This document shows positions 44,905 through 54,924 of a stretch of DNA of 64,000 nt, piece after piece; within the stretch, counting starts at the first letter, position 1; every line of letters begins with the position of its first letter. Source of the stretch: Acidobacteriota bacterium (GTDB lineage: Bacteria; Acidobacteriota; Aminicenantia; UBA2199); NCBI GenBank assembly GCA_025456205.1, contig JALOLA010000005.1, forward strand, positions 5,971 through 69,970, in the 5' to 3' direction. Position numbers and translations under genes: made by a program. The notes under the pieces are model-generated. The model saw only the letters and a program-made list of their open reading frames with translations, was not told where the DNA came from and did not search any database.

Positions 44905-47439
44905 TCAATGGGAGCGCAGGCAGCCTTCCAGCGCCGCCAGCACAGCCGGTTTCGCCCGCGCCTTCAGCAGCGCGGCGCGGAAATCCTCGTGCATCAGCTG
45001 CCGTGACAGGCGGGCGATGAGCCGCAGGTGCTCCTCGCCCCCTTTTTCCGGGACAACGATCAGCAGGATGCCGCGCACGACGGGCTTGCCGGGCACGCTC
45101 CAGCGCATGGGCCGGGCCGGGCGCAGGAAGGCGATGGAAGCAACGCGCACGGCGGAGGATCTGGCATGCGGCAGGGCGAAGCCCAGGCCCAGGTCGGTGG
45201 CGAAGGTTTCCTCGCGCTTCCAGACGGCCTCTTCCAGGACGGAGGCGTCGGCGATCCTGTTGTCGAGTTCCAGCATATCGCACAGTTCCTTGATGGCCTC
45301 CCCCGGCGTGCGGCTGGCCGAGTCGAGCCGGACCAGCTGCGCGGCGATGACCCTGGGCGAGCCGTTGCTGCCGCGGCCGTTGAACTCCCGCAGCAGCGCC
45401 GCCACTCCGGCGGCGTCGGCGCAGCGCAGGGCGCGGCGCAGCAGGGCGCGGCATTCGCCGCTGTCCAGCTGCGCCAAGCGCTCCCTGGCCACCGGGATCA
45501 TGGCCGGCACCATGCTCAGCTCGTCGAAGCCGAGGCCCACCAGCAGCGGTTGATACTCCCTGTTCCCCGCCATCTCGCCGCAGATGCCCAACCAGCGCTT
45601 CGCCTTGCGGGCCTGCAGCGCGGCGTGCTGCAGCAGGCGCAGGAAGGCCGGATGCAGCGGGTCGTAGAGACAGGCCAATGCGGCATTGCCGCGATCGACG
45701 GCCAGGACATACTGCAGCAGGTCGTTGCTGCCGATGCTGAAGAAGTCGGCCGCAGGCGCCAGAAGGTCGATGGCCAGCGCCGCCGCCGGCGTCTCGACCA
45801 TGATGCCCAGCTCGAGGCGCCGGGCGTGGGGCACGCGGCGCCGGCGCAGCTCGGCGGCGGCTTCGGCCAGCAGCCGGCGCACCAGCGCCACCTCGTCGAC
45901 ACCGGTCACCATCGGCACCATGACCTTCAGCGGGCCGCAGCGGCCGTTCGCCGCGGCGCGCAGGATGGCGCGCAGCTGGGTGCGGACCAGCTCCTCGTGG
46001 TTTGCATAGAAGCGCACGGCGCGGACGCCCAGGAAGGGATTGTCCTCCACGGGCAGGCGCAGGAAGGGCAGGCGCTTGTCGCCGCCGACGTCCAGGGTGC
46101 GGATGATGACCGTCCGGCCCCGCGCCGAGAGCGCCGCCTGGCGGTAAACGGCATACTGCTCGTCCTCGCCGGGCGGGGCCTCGCGGTCGAGAAAGAGCAT
46201 TTCGCTGCGGAACAGGCCGATGGCCCCGGCGCCGCTGCGCCAGGCGGGCTCCAGCTCGGCGGCGCTGCCGACGTTGGCCGCCAGCTCGATGCGCCGGTTG
46301 TCGCGGGTCTGCGCCGCGGGCCGTTTCCCTGTTGCGCCGGGGAGCTCGCGCCGGGCGGCGGCCTCCTGCTCGAGGCGGTAGTAGCGCTTCAGCGCCGCGC
46401 CGGGGGCGGCCACGACCAGGCCGCGCCGGCCGTCGACGATCGCTTCCTCGCCGGCCTGGATCCCGGCCAGCGCCGCCGGCGGCAGCGCGACGGCGGGAAT
46501 GCCCAGGGAGCGCGCCAGGATGGCGACGTGCGCCGTGAAGCCGACCTCGCCGAGCGCCAGTCCGCGCAGCCGGCGGCGGTCCAGGGCCAGCAGCGCCGCG
46601 GGGGACAAGTGGCCGGCCAGCAGGATGGTCGCCCCGGACAAGGCGGGCAAAGCGGCGTCCGCTGCGCCGCCATAAACGATCTCGCCCAGGCGGGCGGCAA
46701 TCTCACGGATGTCGCCGGCGCGCTCGCGCAGATAGGCGCTGGGCGAACGCTGCAGCTCGGTGGCCAGGGCGGCGGCGGCGCGGGTGATGGCCGCGCCGGC
46801 CGGCAGTTTCCATGCCGTGATCAGGTGGCCGATCGTTCCATGGAACTTGGGGTCGGAGAGGATGGCGAGTTGGGCCTTGAGTATGGCCGCGCCCACGGCG
46901 CTCCCCGGCAGCGCCGCCAGCCGCATCCACTCCTCCCGGGCTTTTGCCAGGGCTTCCTGGAAGAGGCGGAGTTCCAGTTGCGGATCTTTTCTGCCGGCGG
47001 CAAAGCGCGCCGGCAGCGCCCGGGTTCGGTTCAGGCGCACGACGCGGCCGCGACCCAGGCCCGGGGCCAGCGCCCGGCCCCGGAACAAGCGTGACGAGCC
47101 CTCATGAAAGGACGGCGGCAACCACTCTGAGCCGCTGGCGACCACGGCTGCGGCCGGCGCTGCGTCATCGGCCCGCGGCAGCACATGGCGCAGGAAAGCG
47201 CGCAGGGCCTGGGCGGCCTCCTTTTCCTGGGGACCGCTGATCTCCAGCCGGCAGGGGTCGCCGGCGACGGTGGCGCTGCCGACCAGCTCCAGCACACTGC
47301 CGGCATCGGCGCGGCGGCGGCTGCGCCCGTTGCGGAAGACGACCACGGCGTCGAAGCGCAGGCAGGCTTCCTGCAGCAGGCTGGCCGGCCGGGCGTGCAG
47401 GCCGGTGGCCAGGGGGAAGGCGAAGGCGATGGCGGTCAT
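44905..47439 (-). CDS. PTS multiphosphoryl transfer protein: HPr, Enzyme I and EIIA(Fru/Mtl-type) fused
   Basis: HPr His motif ATGLHARPAS. EI motifs FTAHVAILARSLGIPAV, GGDKRLPFLRLPVEDNPFLGVRAVRF, IGSNDLLQY and LGICGEMAG. C-terminal PTS_EIIA_2 region with LGFALPHARS. Confidence 0.9.
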   Translation of the reverse strand: MTAIAFAFPLATGLHARPASLLQEACLRFDAVVVFRNGRSRRRADAGSVLELVGSATVAGDPCRLEISGPQEKEAAQALRAFLRHVLPRADDAAPAAAVVASGSEWLPPSFHEGSSRLFRGRALAPGLGRGRVVRLNRTRALPARFAAGRKDPQLELRLFQEALAKAREEWMRLAALPGSAVGAAILKAQLAILSDPKFHGTIGHLITAWKLPAGAAITRAAAALATELQRSPSAYLRERAGDIREIAARLGEIVYGGAADAALPALSGATILLAGHLSPAALLALDRRRLRGLALGEVGFTAHVAILARSLGIPAVALPPAALAGIQAGEEAIVDGRRGLVVAAPGAALKRYYRLEQEAAARRELPGATGKRPAAQTRDNRRIELAANVGSAAELEPAWRSGAGAIGLFRSEMLFLDREAPPGEDEQYAVYRQAALSARGRTVIIRTLDVGGDKRLPFLRLPVEDNPFLGVRAVRFYANHEELVRTQLRAILRAAANGRCGPLKVMVPMVTGVDEVALVRRLLAEAAAELRRRRVPHARRLELGIMVETPAAALAIDLLAPAADFFSIGSNDLLQYVLAVDRGNAALACLYDPLHPAFLRLLQHAALQARKAKRWLGICGEMAGNREYQPLLVGLGFDELSMVPAMIPVARERLAQLDSGECRALLRRALRCADAAGVAALLREFNGRGSNGSPRVIAAQLVRLDSASRTPGEAIKELCDMLELDNRIADASVLEEAVWKREETFATDLGLGFALPHARSSAVRVASIAFLRPARPMRWSVPGKPVVRGILLIVVPEKGGEEHLRLIARLSRQLMHEDFRAALLKARAKPAVLAALEGCLRSH

Positions 47440-47451
47440 GGCCGCGGCGCT

Positions 47452-47751
47452 TTATTTTTCAAGGCGGGCGAAGACGGCTTCGGGACGCTTGATGGCCTCG
47501 GCGACGCTCACCTCGACCTTCTTCAGGGCGGCGAAGCGCTCGCTTCCCTGCACGGCGATGTCGGCGGCGAGGATGACCGCCCCGGCTTCGCGGATCTCCC
47601 TGGCGCTGAGTGCGTTCTCGATGCCCATGGCGCCCTGGGTCTCCACGCGGATGCTGTGCCCGAGTTTTTTCGCGGTCTTTTCCAGCTGCTCGGCCGCCAT
47701 GTAGGTGTGGGCGATGCCGGTGGGGCAGGCGGTCACGGCGACGATCTTCAT
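47452..47751 (-). CDS. PTS fructose-family EIIB
   Basis: Internal ATG 47751. MKIVAVTACPTGIAHTYMAAEQLEK carries the phospho-Cys motif. Confidence 0.85.
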   Translation of the reverse strand: MKIVAVTACPTGIAHTYMAAEQLEKTAKKLGHSIRVETQGAMGIENALSAREIREAGAVILAADIAVQGSERFAALKKVEVSVAEAIKRPEAVFARLEK

Positions 47752-47752
47752 G

Positions 47753-48784
47753 TCATTCTCCCGGGCCGGGCGCCCCGGTCCACTTGCGCAGGACGTTGGC
47801 CAGCAGCGCCACCAGCAGCGTGCCGGCGGCGATGGCCGCGACATAGGCCAGGCGGTTGTCCACCACCGGGATGACGATGGGCCCGCCGTGGGGGGCGTGG
47901 CCGCCGACCCCGCCCAGCATGGCCATCACCGCCGCCAGCATCGATCCCAGCATGATGGTGGGGATGGTGCGCACGGGCTCGGCGGCGGCGAAGGGGATGG
48001 CCCCCTCGGTGATGCCGATCATGCCCATGGCCAGGCTGGCGTAGCCCGCTTCGCGCTCCTGCTGCGTCCACAGCCGGCGCCCGAGCAGCGTGGCCAGGCC
48101 CATGCCCAGCGGCGGCACGCAGATGGCGGCGGCGCAGGCGCCCATGGGCGCGAAGTTGCCCTCCTTGATCATGGCGGCGCTGAAGAAGAAGGCCACCTTG
48201 TTCACCGGCCCGCCCATGTCGAAGGCGATCATGGCGCCCAGCACCGCCGCCAGCAGCACGCGGTTGCCGGTGCCCATCACCTGCAGCCAGGCCGACATCG
48301 AGGTCATCAGGTCGCGGATCGGCACGCCGATGAACTGGAACATGACGAAGCCCACGACCAGCGAGGCGATGACGGGGATGACCAGGATGGGCATCACCGG
48401 CTTGAAGTAGATGGGCACCTTCACCTTCTTGATCAGCATCACCACGGCGCCGGCCAGCAGCCCGGCGGCCAGGCCGCCGAGAAAGCCGGCGCCGATCTGG
48501 TGGGCGATGGCTCCGCCCACGAAGCCCGGCACCAGCGCCGGGCGGTCGGCCATGCCGAAGGCGATGTAGCCGGCCAGCACCGGCACCAGCAGCGAGAAGG
48601 CGGCGCTGCCGATGTCCATGAGCATTTTCAGGAACGGCGAGCCGGAAAAATCGGGCCCGCCCGGGCCCATCGGGGCGAAGGCGATGGCCACGGCGATCAG
48701 GATGCCGCCGCAGGCCACGAAGGGGATGGCGTAGGAGACGCCCGATAGCAGGTACTGCCTGACCTTGAACAGGTGCTGTTTCAT
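47753..48784 (-). CDS. PTS fructose-family EIIC
   Basis: 343 aa polytopic protein with FDMGGPVNK and the GITEGAIPFA motif. Confidence 0.9.
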   Translation of the reverse strand: MKQHLFKVRQYLLSGVSYAIPFVACGGILIAVAIAFAPMGPGGPDFSGSPFLKMLMDIGSAAFSLLVPVLAGYIAFGMADRPALVPGFVGGAIAHQIGAGFLGGLAAGLLAGAVVMLIKKVKVPIYFKPVMPILVIPVIASLVVGFVMFQFIGVPIRDLMTSMSAWLQVMGTGNRVLLAAVLGAMIAFDMGGPVNKVAFFFSAAMIKEGNFAPMGACAAAICVPPLGMGLATLLGRRLWTQQEREAGYASLAMGMIGITEGAIPFAAAEPVRTIPTIMLGSMLAAVMAMLGGVGGHAPHGGPIVIPVVDNRLAYVAAIAAGTLLVALLANVLRKWTGAPGPGE

Positions 48785-48800
48785 CGACGGCCTTCCTCGG

Positions 48801-51800
48801 TCACTCGAAACGGACCTTGACCGACCGGATCTCGAAGGGGCGGAAGGAAAGCTCCAGGCGGCCGTCCTTCAGCTCCAGGGGCGAGCCCTCTTTCTCCAGC
48901 AGGTCGGTGGCAACGGCCCGCGCGGGCGTGCGGAAGAAATGCAGCGTTGCCGTTTCCGCCTTGCCGTTGGCTTCGTATAGCCGGAACAGGAATCCCTTGC
49001 CGTCTTCGGCCAGCTTGATGGCGTCCAGGATGACTCCGGAGCCGTCCGCGCTGAAGAAGCTGTGGCTTGCGGGCAGGGAGCGGTTCCCTGGCGGCCGGCG
49101 CTCCAGGACGCGCGCCAGCAGCGGCTGGTTGAGCTCCTGGCCGCGGCGCACAACCTGGCTCTCGTGCCAGGCTCCGGCGTGGGGGTAGAGGGAATAGGTG
49201 AACTCGTGGCGGCCGCGGTCGGCGGTTGGGTCGGGCCAGGTGGGCGAGCGCAGCAGCGACAGCTTCATGACGCCGTCGTGGATGTCGTGGCCGTACTTGC
49301 CGTCGTTGAGCAGCGCCAGGCCTCCCTGCTCGTCGGAAAGATCGGCCCAGCGCAGCGCCGGCACTTCGTAGCGCGCTTTTTCCCAGAGGGTCTCAAAACG
49401 GGTGGTGCGGCCGATGGCGGCGAAGGGGATCTCGTAGAACGCCTTGTCGGCCCGGACCGCGACCGGAAAGCAGGCCTTCAGCGAAAGATGGTCCTCCCAC
49501 CAGTCGGCCTGGGTGCGGATGTCGACGCGGTCCAGGTCATGGTACAGGGTGATGGTCTGGGTGAAGAAGGAGGAGGGGAAATCCTCGGTCGGGTATTCAC
49601 GCTCCTTGGAGAATCCAAGGAAGCTCTTGTCCACGCGGTAGACGGTCTTCACCGGCCCGCTCGACACCAGCTCCACCTTGTCGGCCTTGTTCAATTCCCA
49701 GCCGCGGCCGGTATAGCCGATGTTCCAGGCGTCCCAGTCCTCGGGGCGGTCCTCGTAGACCCACAGCTTGTTGGCCTGCTCGCCCGGCGCCACGAACTCG
49801 CGGTTCTGGCGCTTGGCGAAGATGCTCTTGAAGTTCCCGCTCTGCAGGTCGATCTCCAGCTTCAGCGCGGCGTTTTCCAGGACGCCGTCACCCTTGCTTT
49901 TTTGAACGGCCGGTGCGGGCGGAGCGGTGGTGAGGGAGTAGCTGCGGTAGCCCAGGGGCGGAACGTTCCGGGCGATGAAGGAGATCTCGGACCTGCCGTC
50001 CTCCCCGGTCTCGCCGATCTCGCAGGGAACCTCCTGCCGCGACTCGTCCAGCAGCCGCGGCGCGAAGCCGGCGGGGACGGCATGGCGGAAGGTCGCGATA
50101 TCGTCGCGCTGCCAGGAAAGGGTGTTGAACACGATCAGCGGCAGGCTGAGGGGATCCTCGTGCAGGACCATGCCGCTGATGCGCTCCAGCGCCCGGTTCT
50201 CCAGCAGCCGCAGGTCCTTCTGCACGCCCTTGTAGGTCTCCAGGGCGTCGCGGTAAACGGGGGTGATGCTCGAGCCGGGCAGGATGTCGTGGAACTGCAG
50301 GGTCAGGGCGCTCTTCCAGCTCTTTTCCAGCTCGGCGGCCGGGTACTTGTCCCCGAGCAGGCTGGCAATGGCGGCGAGCTTCTCGGTGGCGGCCAGCAGC
50401 GCCTCGGTGCGGCGGTTGTTCTTCTTGATGGCGCCCTGGGTGGTGAAGGTGCCCTGGTGGTATTCCAGGTAGAGCTCATCCTGCCACAGCGGCAGGTCGA
50501 GCTTCTGCCGGCGCTTCTCCTGCAGGAAGGGGCTGGGCGTGGTGTGGACGAATTTCGGCGCCAGCGCCAGCCTGCCGTAGCCGCGCACGCGGTCGAGGAT
50601 CTCGCGGTTGGGCCCGCCGCCGTGGTCGCCCAGGCCGTAGAGGATCAGGCTCTCCTTCAGCCCGGTGGTGGCCTCGTACTTGGAGACGCCATGGGCCACT
50701 TCCGACAGCTGCAGCCGGCTGGCGTAGCTCAGCGGCGGCATGTAGGTGAGGATGGTGCTGCCGTCGACGCCCCGCCAGTTGAACAGGAAATGGGGGAAGA
50801 CGGTGGTGTCGTTCCACCACAGCTTCTGGGTGATGAAGCTGTCGATGCCGCCCAGCTTGTAGAGCTGCGGCATGTTCCAGTTGTAGCCGAAGGAGTCGGG
50901 GTTCCAGCCGATGCGCACGTCGACGCCGAACTTCTCGCGGAAATACTTCTTGCCGTAGAGGAGCTGGCGCGCCCAGCTCTCGCCGGAAATGAGGTTGCAG
51001 TCGGGCTCCACCCACATGCCGCCCACGATCTCCCAGCGGCCGCTTTTCACTTTTTCCCCGATGGCCCGGAACAGGTCGGGATGCTTCTTCTCGATCCAGT
51101 CGTAGGTCAAGGCCTGGCTCTGGGCGTAGGTGAGCTCGGGATATTCGCCCATGTTCCTGATTACGGTCTCGTAGGTGTTCTTCGTCAGGGCCATGGTCTC
51201 GGCCATGCGCCACAGCCAGGCGATGTCGATATGGGCGTTGCCCACCAGGTTGATCTTGAATTCCTTGAGGTAGTTCTTTATCGGGGCGGCGGCGGCATAG
51301 GAGCGCTGCAGCGACGCCTGCAGGCGCGGTCCGTCCCCCGCCGCCAGCGCCGGCATGTCCAGGGCGGCGACGGCGCGGGAGAAGGCGGCGTTGAGTTGCT
51401 CCAGCCTATCCTTGGCCACGCGGCGCCGGTCCGGGATGTCGTAGGGCTTGCCGGTGAAGGTGTAGCGCTTCAGCTCGGGGTTGAGCAGGATGTCGGCGAA
51501 CTGGAAGGCGCGCAGCCAGTCCTGCAGAACGGCCAGGCTTTTGCCGGCAACGGGATAAACCAGCTCCGCGGAATTCAGGTAGAAATCGCTGCCCTCGTCC
51601 ACCGGGACGCCGCGTCGGCGCTCGGGCCAGTAGGCGGTGCGCTCGGGAACGAAGCCGCGGTTCTCCACCGCGATCTCCAGCACATGGGCGGCGCCGTCGG
51701 CCTTTTCCGCCAGCAGCACGTCGCTTGCCAGCTCGACGCGGGTGCCGCTCTCGCCGTGCAGCGTCGCCGTCCCGCCCCGCACCGACGCGGCCCCCTCCAG

Positions 51801-52148
51801 CTCGCGGCCGTCCAGGAAGAACGTGGCATGGACCAACCCGCGGGCGCTCATTACGGTTTTGAGGCGCAGCGGCGTCCCCGCCACCCTGGCGGCGGCGAAG
51901 ACCGCGGGCGCCTGGAAGTTGGCGCGCAGGCGGACATTCGCGGCCTTGAGTGCGCGCCCGGGCTTGTACACTTCCCAGCGCTGGCCGTCGAGCGACTGCT
52001 GCCAATCCAGCAGGCGGGCATCGATGGCCTTTTCCAGGGCCGCCAGCTTCTCGCGCGCCGTGTCGGCAGCGAGTCGCGGCGCCATGAGGCACAGGAATAT
52101 CGCCATGAAGACAACTGTTTTTTTCAACGCGGAGAAATGCTTGCCCAT
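48801..52148 (-). CDS. GH38 alpha-mannosidase with an N-terminal signal-peptide-like segment
   Basis: 1115 aa. GH38 catalytic opening LVGNAHIDIAWLWRMAET and WVEPDCNLISGES. N-terminus MGKHFSALKKTVVFMAIFLCLMAPRLAAD. AGGAG lies upstream of ATG 52148. Confidence 0.9.
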   Translation of the reverse strand: MGKHFSALKKTVVFMAIFLCLMAPRLAADTAREKLAALEKAIDARLLDWQQSLDGQRWEVYKPGRALKAANVRLRANFQAPAVFAAARVAGTPLRLKTVMSARGLVHATFFLDGRELEGAASVRGGTATLHGESGTRVELASDVLLAEKADGAAHVLEIAVENRGFVPERTAYWPERRRGVPVDEGSDFYLNSAELVYPVAGKSLAVLQDWLRAFQFADILLNPELKRYTFTGKPYDIPDRRRVAKDRLEQLNAAFSRAVAALDMPALAAGDGPRLQASLQRSYAAAAPIKNYLKEFKINLVGNAHIDIAWLWRMAETMALTKNTYETVIRNMGEYPELTYAQSQALTYDWIEKKHPDLFRAIGEKVKSGRWEIVGGMWVEPDCNLISGESWARQLLYGKKYFREKFGVDVRIGWNPDSFGYNWNMPQLYKLGGIDSFITQKLWWNDTTVFPHFLFNWRGVDGSTILTYMPPLSYASRLQLSEVAHGVSKYEATTGLKESLILYGLGDHGGGPNREILDRVRGYGRLALAPKFVHTTPSPFLQEKRRQKLDLPLWQDELYLEYHQGTFTTQGAIKKNNRRTEALLAATEKLAAIASLLGDKYPAAELEKSWKSALTLQFHDILPGSSITPVYRDALETYKGVQKDLRLLENRALERISGMVLHEDPLSLPLIVFNTLSWQRDDIATFRHAVPAGFAPRLLDESRQEVPCEIGETGEDGRSEISFIARNVPPLGYRSYSLTTAPPAPAVQKSKGDGVLENAALKLEIDLQSGNFKSIFAKRQNREFVAPGEQANKLWVYEDRPEDWDAWNIGYTGRGWELNKADKVELVSSGPVKTVYRVDKSFLGFSKEREYPTEDFPSSFFTQTITLYHDLDRVDIRTQADWWEDHLSLKACFPVAVRADKAFYEIPFAAIGRTTRFETLWEKARYEVPALRWADLSDEQGGLALLNDGKYGHDIHDGVMKLSLLRSPTWPDPTADRGRHEFTYSLYPHAGAWHESQVVRRGQELNQPLLARVLERRPPGNRSLPASHSFFSADGSGVILDAIKLAEDGKGFLFRLYEANGKAETATLHFFRTPARAVATDLLEKEGSPLELKDGRLELSFRPFEIRSVKVRFE

Positions 52149-52221
52149 GATTCACTCCTTTGCCCATGGGGACGGGCCGGGACGTTGTGGCCAGCCTGTA
52201 TTTTATTGGGAATGCCCGCGA

Positions 52222-52250
52222 TTTACAACCCCCGCGAAATATAGTATAAT
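52222..52250 (+). promoter_or_regulatory. Near-consensus sigma-70-type promoter for typA
   Basis: TTTACA (52222..52227), 17 nt, TATAAT (52245..52250). The roughly 90-nt leader has no recognisable SD before ATG 52349. Confidence 0.5.
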
Positions 52251-52348
52251 GACGGCGTAACGGAGCTGCCCGTCCTGATATCTGATCCAGTCGTCGGAAC
52301 CGGAAAGAGTGATCCCTTATTGGAAACATACAGGCCTCGGCAATCCCC

Positions 52349-54166
52349 ATGAAAAAATTTAAAAATATCGCCATCATCGCCCATGTCGACCACGGCAAGA
52401 CCACGCTGATCGACGCCGTGCTCAAGCAGGCCGGCGTGTTCCGCGACAACCAGAACATCGCCGAGCGCGTGATGGATTCCAACGACCTGGAGCGCGAGCG
52501 CGGCATCACCATCTTTTCCAAGAACGCCGCCTTTCAATACCAGGGCTACAAGATCAACATCGTCGACACGCCGGGCCACGCCGATTTCGGCGGCGAGGTG
52601 CAGCGCATCATGAAGATGGTCGACTCGGTGCTGCTGCTGGTCGACGCCTTCGAGGGGCCCATGCCGCAGACCAAGTACGTGCTGAAGAAGTCGCTGGAGC
52701 AGGGGCTGCGCCCGATCGTGGTCATCAACAAGATCGACCGCCCCAACGCCCGCCCCGACGAGGTGCTGAACGGCATCTTCGACCTGTTCGTCGAGTTGGG
52801 CGCCGACGACAAGCAGCTCGACTTCCCGGTGCTCTACGCCTCGGCCAAGGAAGGGGTGGCCCACTACGAGATGGGCGACAAGAACCGCGGCCTGAAGCCC
52901 CTGTTCGACACCATCCTGCGCCACGTGCCCGAGCCCGAGGGCGATCGCGTCAACCCCTTCCAGTTCATGGCCTCGGCCATCAGCTACGACAATTATCTCG
53001 GCAAGATCGGCACCGGCCGCATCCACAACGGCACCGTCACCCAGGGCGAAGAGGTGCTGCTGCTGAAGCGCAACGGCGACCGCAAGGCCTACAAGGTCAC
53101 GCGCATCTTTACTTACGACGGCATCAGCCGCGTCAGCGTGCCGGAAGCCGTCGCCGGCGACATCGTCTCGCTGGCCGGGCTCGAGGACATCGACCTGGGC
53201 GAGACGGTGGCCGACATCGACCAGCCGCTGCTGCTGCCGGCCATGGACATCGACGAGCCCACCCTGGCCATGACCTTCGCCGTCAACGATTCGCCCTTTG
53301 CGGGCCAGGAGGGCCGCTTCGTCACCTCGACGCAGCTGCACGACCGCCTGCGCCGCGAGATCCTCAACAACGCCAGCCTGCGCCTGGAGGACACCGCCTC
53401 CAAGAAGGCCTTCCTGCTCAAGGGCCGCGGCACCCTGCAGCTCTCCATCCTGATGGAGAACATGCGCCGCGAGGGCTACGAGTTCCAGGTCTCCCGCCCC
53501 GAGGTGATCACCAAGCTGGTCAACGGCCAGCGCTGCGAGCCCATGGAGCTGGCCGTCATCGACGTCGCCGACGAGTACGCCGGGGTGGTCATCGAGATGC
53601 TGGGCCAGCGCAAGGGCGAGCTGCGCCACCTGGTGCCCGGCTCCGACGGCTACACGCGCCTGGAGTTCCGCATCCCGGCCCGCGGCCTGATCGGCGTCAA
53701 CAACGACTTCATGACCTCCACCCGCGGCACGGGCATCCTCAACCACTCCTTCATGGGCTACGAGCCCTTCAAGGGCGAGATGAACCGCAAGACCAAGGGG
53801 GTGCTGGTGGTGCTCGAGCCCGGCGTTTCCGTGGCCTACGGCCTGTTCGGCCTGCAGGAGCGCGGCAGCCTGTTCATCGGCGCCGGGGTGCCGGTCTACA
53901 CCGGCATGATCGTCGGCGAGCACAGCAAGGACAACGACCTGGTGGTCAACGTCTGTCGCGGCAAGAAGCTGACCAACATGCGCGCCGCCGGCTCCGACGA
54001 CGCCGTGCGCCTGACGCCGCCGCGGCAGTTCTCCCTGGAGCAGGCGCTGGACTACATCGAGGACGACGAGCTGCTCGAAGTCACACCGAAGAACGTGCGC
54101 ATGCGCAAGAAGAAGCTCGACGCCAACGCCCGCAAGCAGGACGAGAAGCTGAAAAAAGCGGGCTGA
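52349..54166 (+). CDS. typA: Translational GTPase TypA/BipA
   Basis: 605 aa. [27 protein letters not shown] and NKIDR, with EF-G-like domains. Confidence 0.95.
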   Translation: MKKFKNIAIIAHVDHGKTTLIDAVLKQAGVFRDNQNIAERVMDSNDLERERGITIFSKNAAFQYQGYKINIVDTPGHADFGGEVQRIMKMVDSVLLLVDAFEGPMPQTKYVLKKSLEQGLRPIVVINKIDRPNARPDEVLNGIFDLFVELGADDKQLDFPVLYASAKEGVAHYEMGDKNRGLKPLFDTILRHVPEPEGDRVNPFQFMASAISYDNYLGKIGTGRIHNGTVTQGEEVLLLKRNGDRKAYKVTRIFTYDGISRVSVPEAVAGDIVSLAGLEDIDLGETVADIDQPLLLPAMDIDEPTLAMTFAVNDSPFAGQEGRFVTSTQLHDRLRREILNNASLRLEDTASKKAFLLKGRGTLQLSILMENMRREGYEFQVSRPEVITKLVNGQRCEPMELAVIDVADEYAGVVIEMLGQRKGELRHLVPGSDGYTRLEFRIPARGLIGVNNDFMTSTRGTGILNHSFMGYEPFKGEMNRKTKGVLVVLEPGVSVAYGLFGLQERGSLFIGAGVPVYTGMIVGEHSKDNDLVVNVCRGKKLTNMRAAGSDDAVRLTPPRQFSLEQALDYIEDDELLEVTPKNVRMRKKKLDANARKQDEKLKKAG

Positions 54167-54167
54167 C

Positions 54168-54200
54168 GCACGGACAGGTCATTTTTGTTCTTGTCCGTGC
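54168..54200 (+). terminator. Hairpin immediately after typA (no U-tract)
   Basis: GCACGGACA (54168..54176) pairs with TGTCCGTGC (54192..54200). The loop is 15 nt. No T-run follows, so intrinsic-terminator status is uncertain. Confidence 0.35.
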
Positions 54201-54240
54201 CCGTCCGTGTTGGTCTGATCTTTCCTCTCTTTCCCTCCCC

Positions 54241-54269
54241 TTGACCGCCCACCGCGCCCGGGCTATCAT
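54241..54269 (+). promoter_or_regulatory. Sigma-70-type promoter placing the TSS at ATG 54277 (leaderless candidate)
   Basis: TTGACC (54241..54246), 17 nt, TATCAT (54264..54269). ATG 54277 is 7 nt downstream. No SD. Confidence 0.4.
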
Positions 54270-54276
54270 GGCGCCG

Positions 54277-54909
54277 ATGAATGAACCCTGCCCCCTTTGC
54301 CGCGATCCGGCGGCTTTTTTCAGCACGGCCAGGAAGAGGGATTACCATCTTTGCGGCCGTTGCGGCGCCGTTTTCATGGCGCCGCGGCATCACCTTTCAG
54401 CGGAGGCCGAGAAAAAGAGGTACGAGGCGCACCGCAACGACGTCGACGATCCCCGCTACCAGGCGTTCGTGCGGCCGCTGGTGAACCTCGTGCTGGAACA
54501 GTGCCGCCCGCAGCAGCAGGGCCTGGATTTCGGCTGCGGCACCGGCCCGGTCGTTTCCAGGCTGCTGGCGGAGCGGGATTACCGTCTCGCGCAGTACGAT
54601 CCGTTCTTCCGCGACCGCCCGCAGCTCCTGGAGCGGGCCTACGATTATATCGTCTGCTGCGAAGTGATCGAGCACTTCCGGGATCCGGCCCGGGAATTCA
54701 GGCTGCTGCGCTCGCTGCTGGAACGGGGCGGCAGGCTGTTCTGCCAGACCGAGCTCTATGCGCCGGGGAGCGAGCTCGCGGCGTGGCCGTATGCGAACGA
54801 CACCACCCACGTCATTTTCTACCAGGAGCGGACCCTGGAATGGATCCGCGATCATTTCGCTTTTACCGCGCTTGCCGTCGCCGGCCGCCTGGCGGTGTTC
54901 ACGGCCTGA
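54277..54909 (+). CDS. Class I SAM-dependent methyltransferase with an N-terminal CxxC...CxxC zinc ribbon
   Basis: MNEPCPLCRD...HLCGRCGAVF, then the SAM motif I GLDFGCGTGPV. ATG 54268 is an alternative start. Confidence 0.75.
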   Translation: MNEPCPLCRDPAAFFSTARKRDYHLCGRCGAVFMAPRHHLSAEAEKKRYEAHRNDVDDPRYQAFVRPLVNLVLEQCRPQQQGLDFGCGTGPVVSRLLAERDYRLAQYDPFFRDRPQLLERAYDYIVCCEVIEHFRDPAREFRLLRSLLERGGRLFCQTELYAPGSELAAWPYANDTTHVIFYQERTLEWIRDHFAFTALAVAGRLAVFTA

Positions 54910-54924
54910 TGCCCGGCGAAATTC

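Noticed and set aside
49062-52244. 1060-aa plus-strand ORF
   Set aside because: Shadow ORF antisense to the GH38 mannosidase gene, with a repetitive Gly/Ala/Val/Leu composition. Likewise 45028-47094 (antisense to HPr-EI-EIIA), 47705-48748 (antisense to EIIC), 52223-53923 (antisense to typA), 56553-57905, 59815-61503 and 61803-63263.
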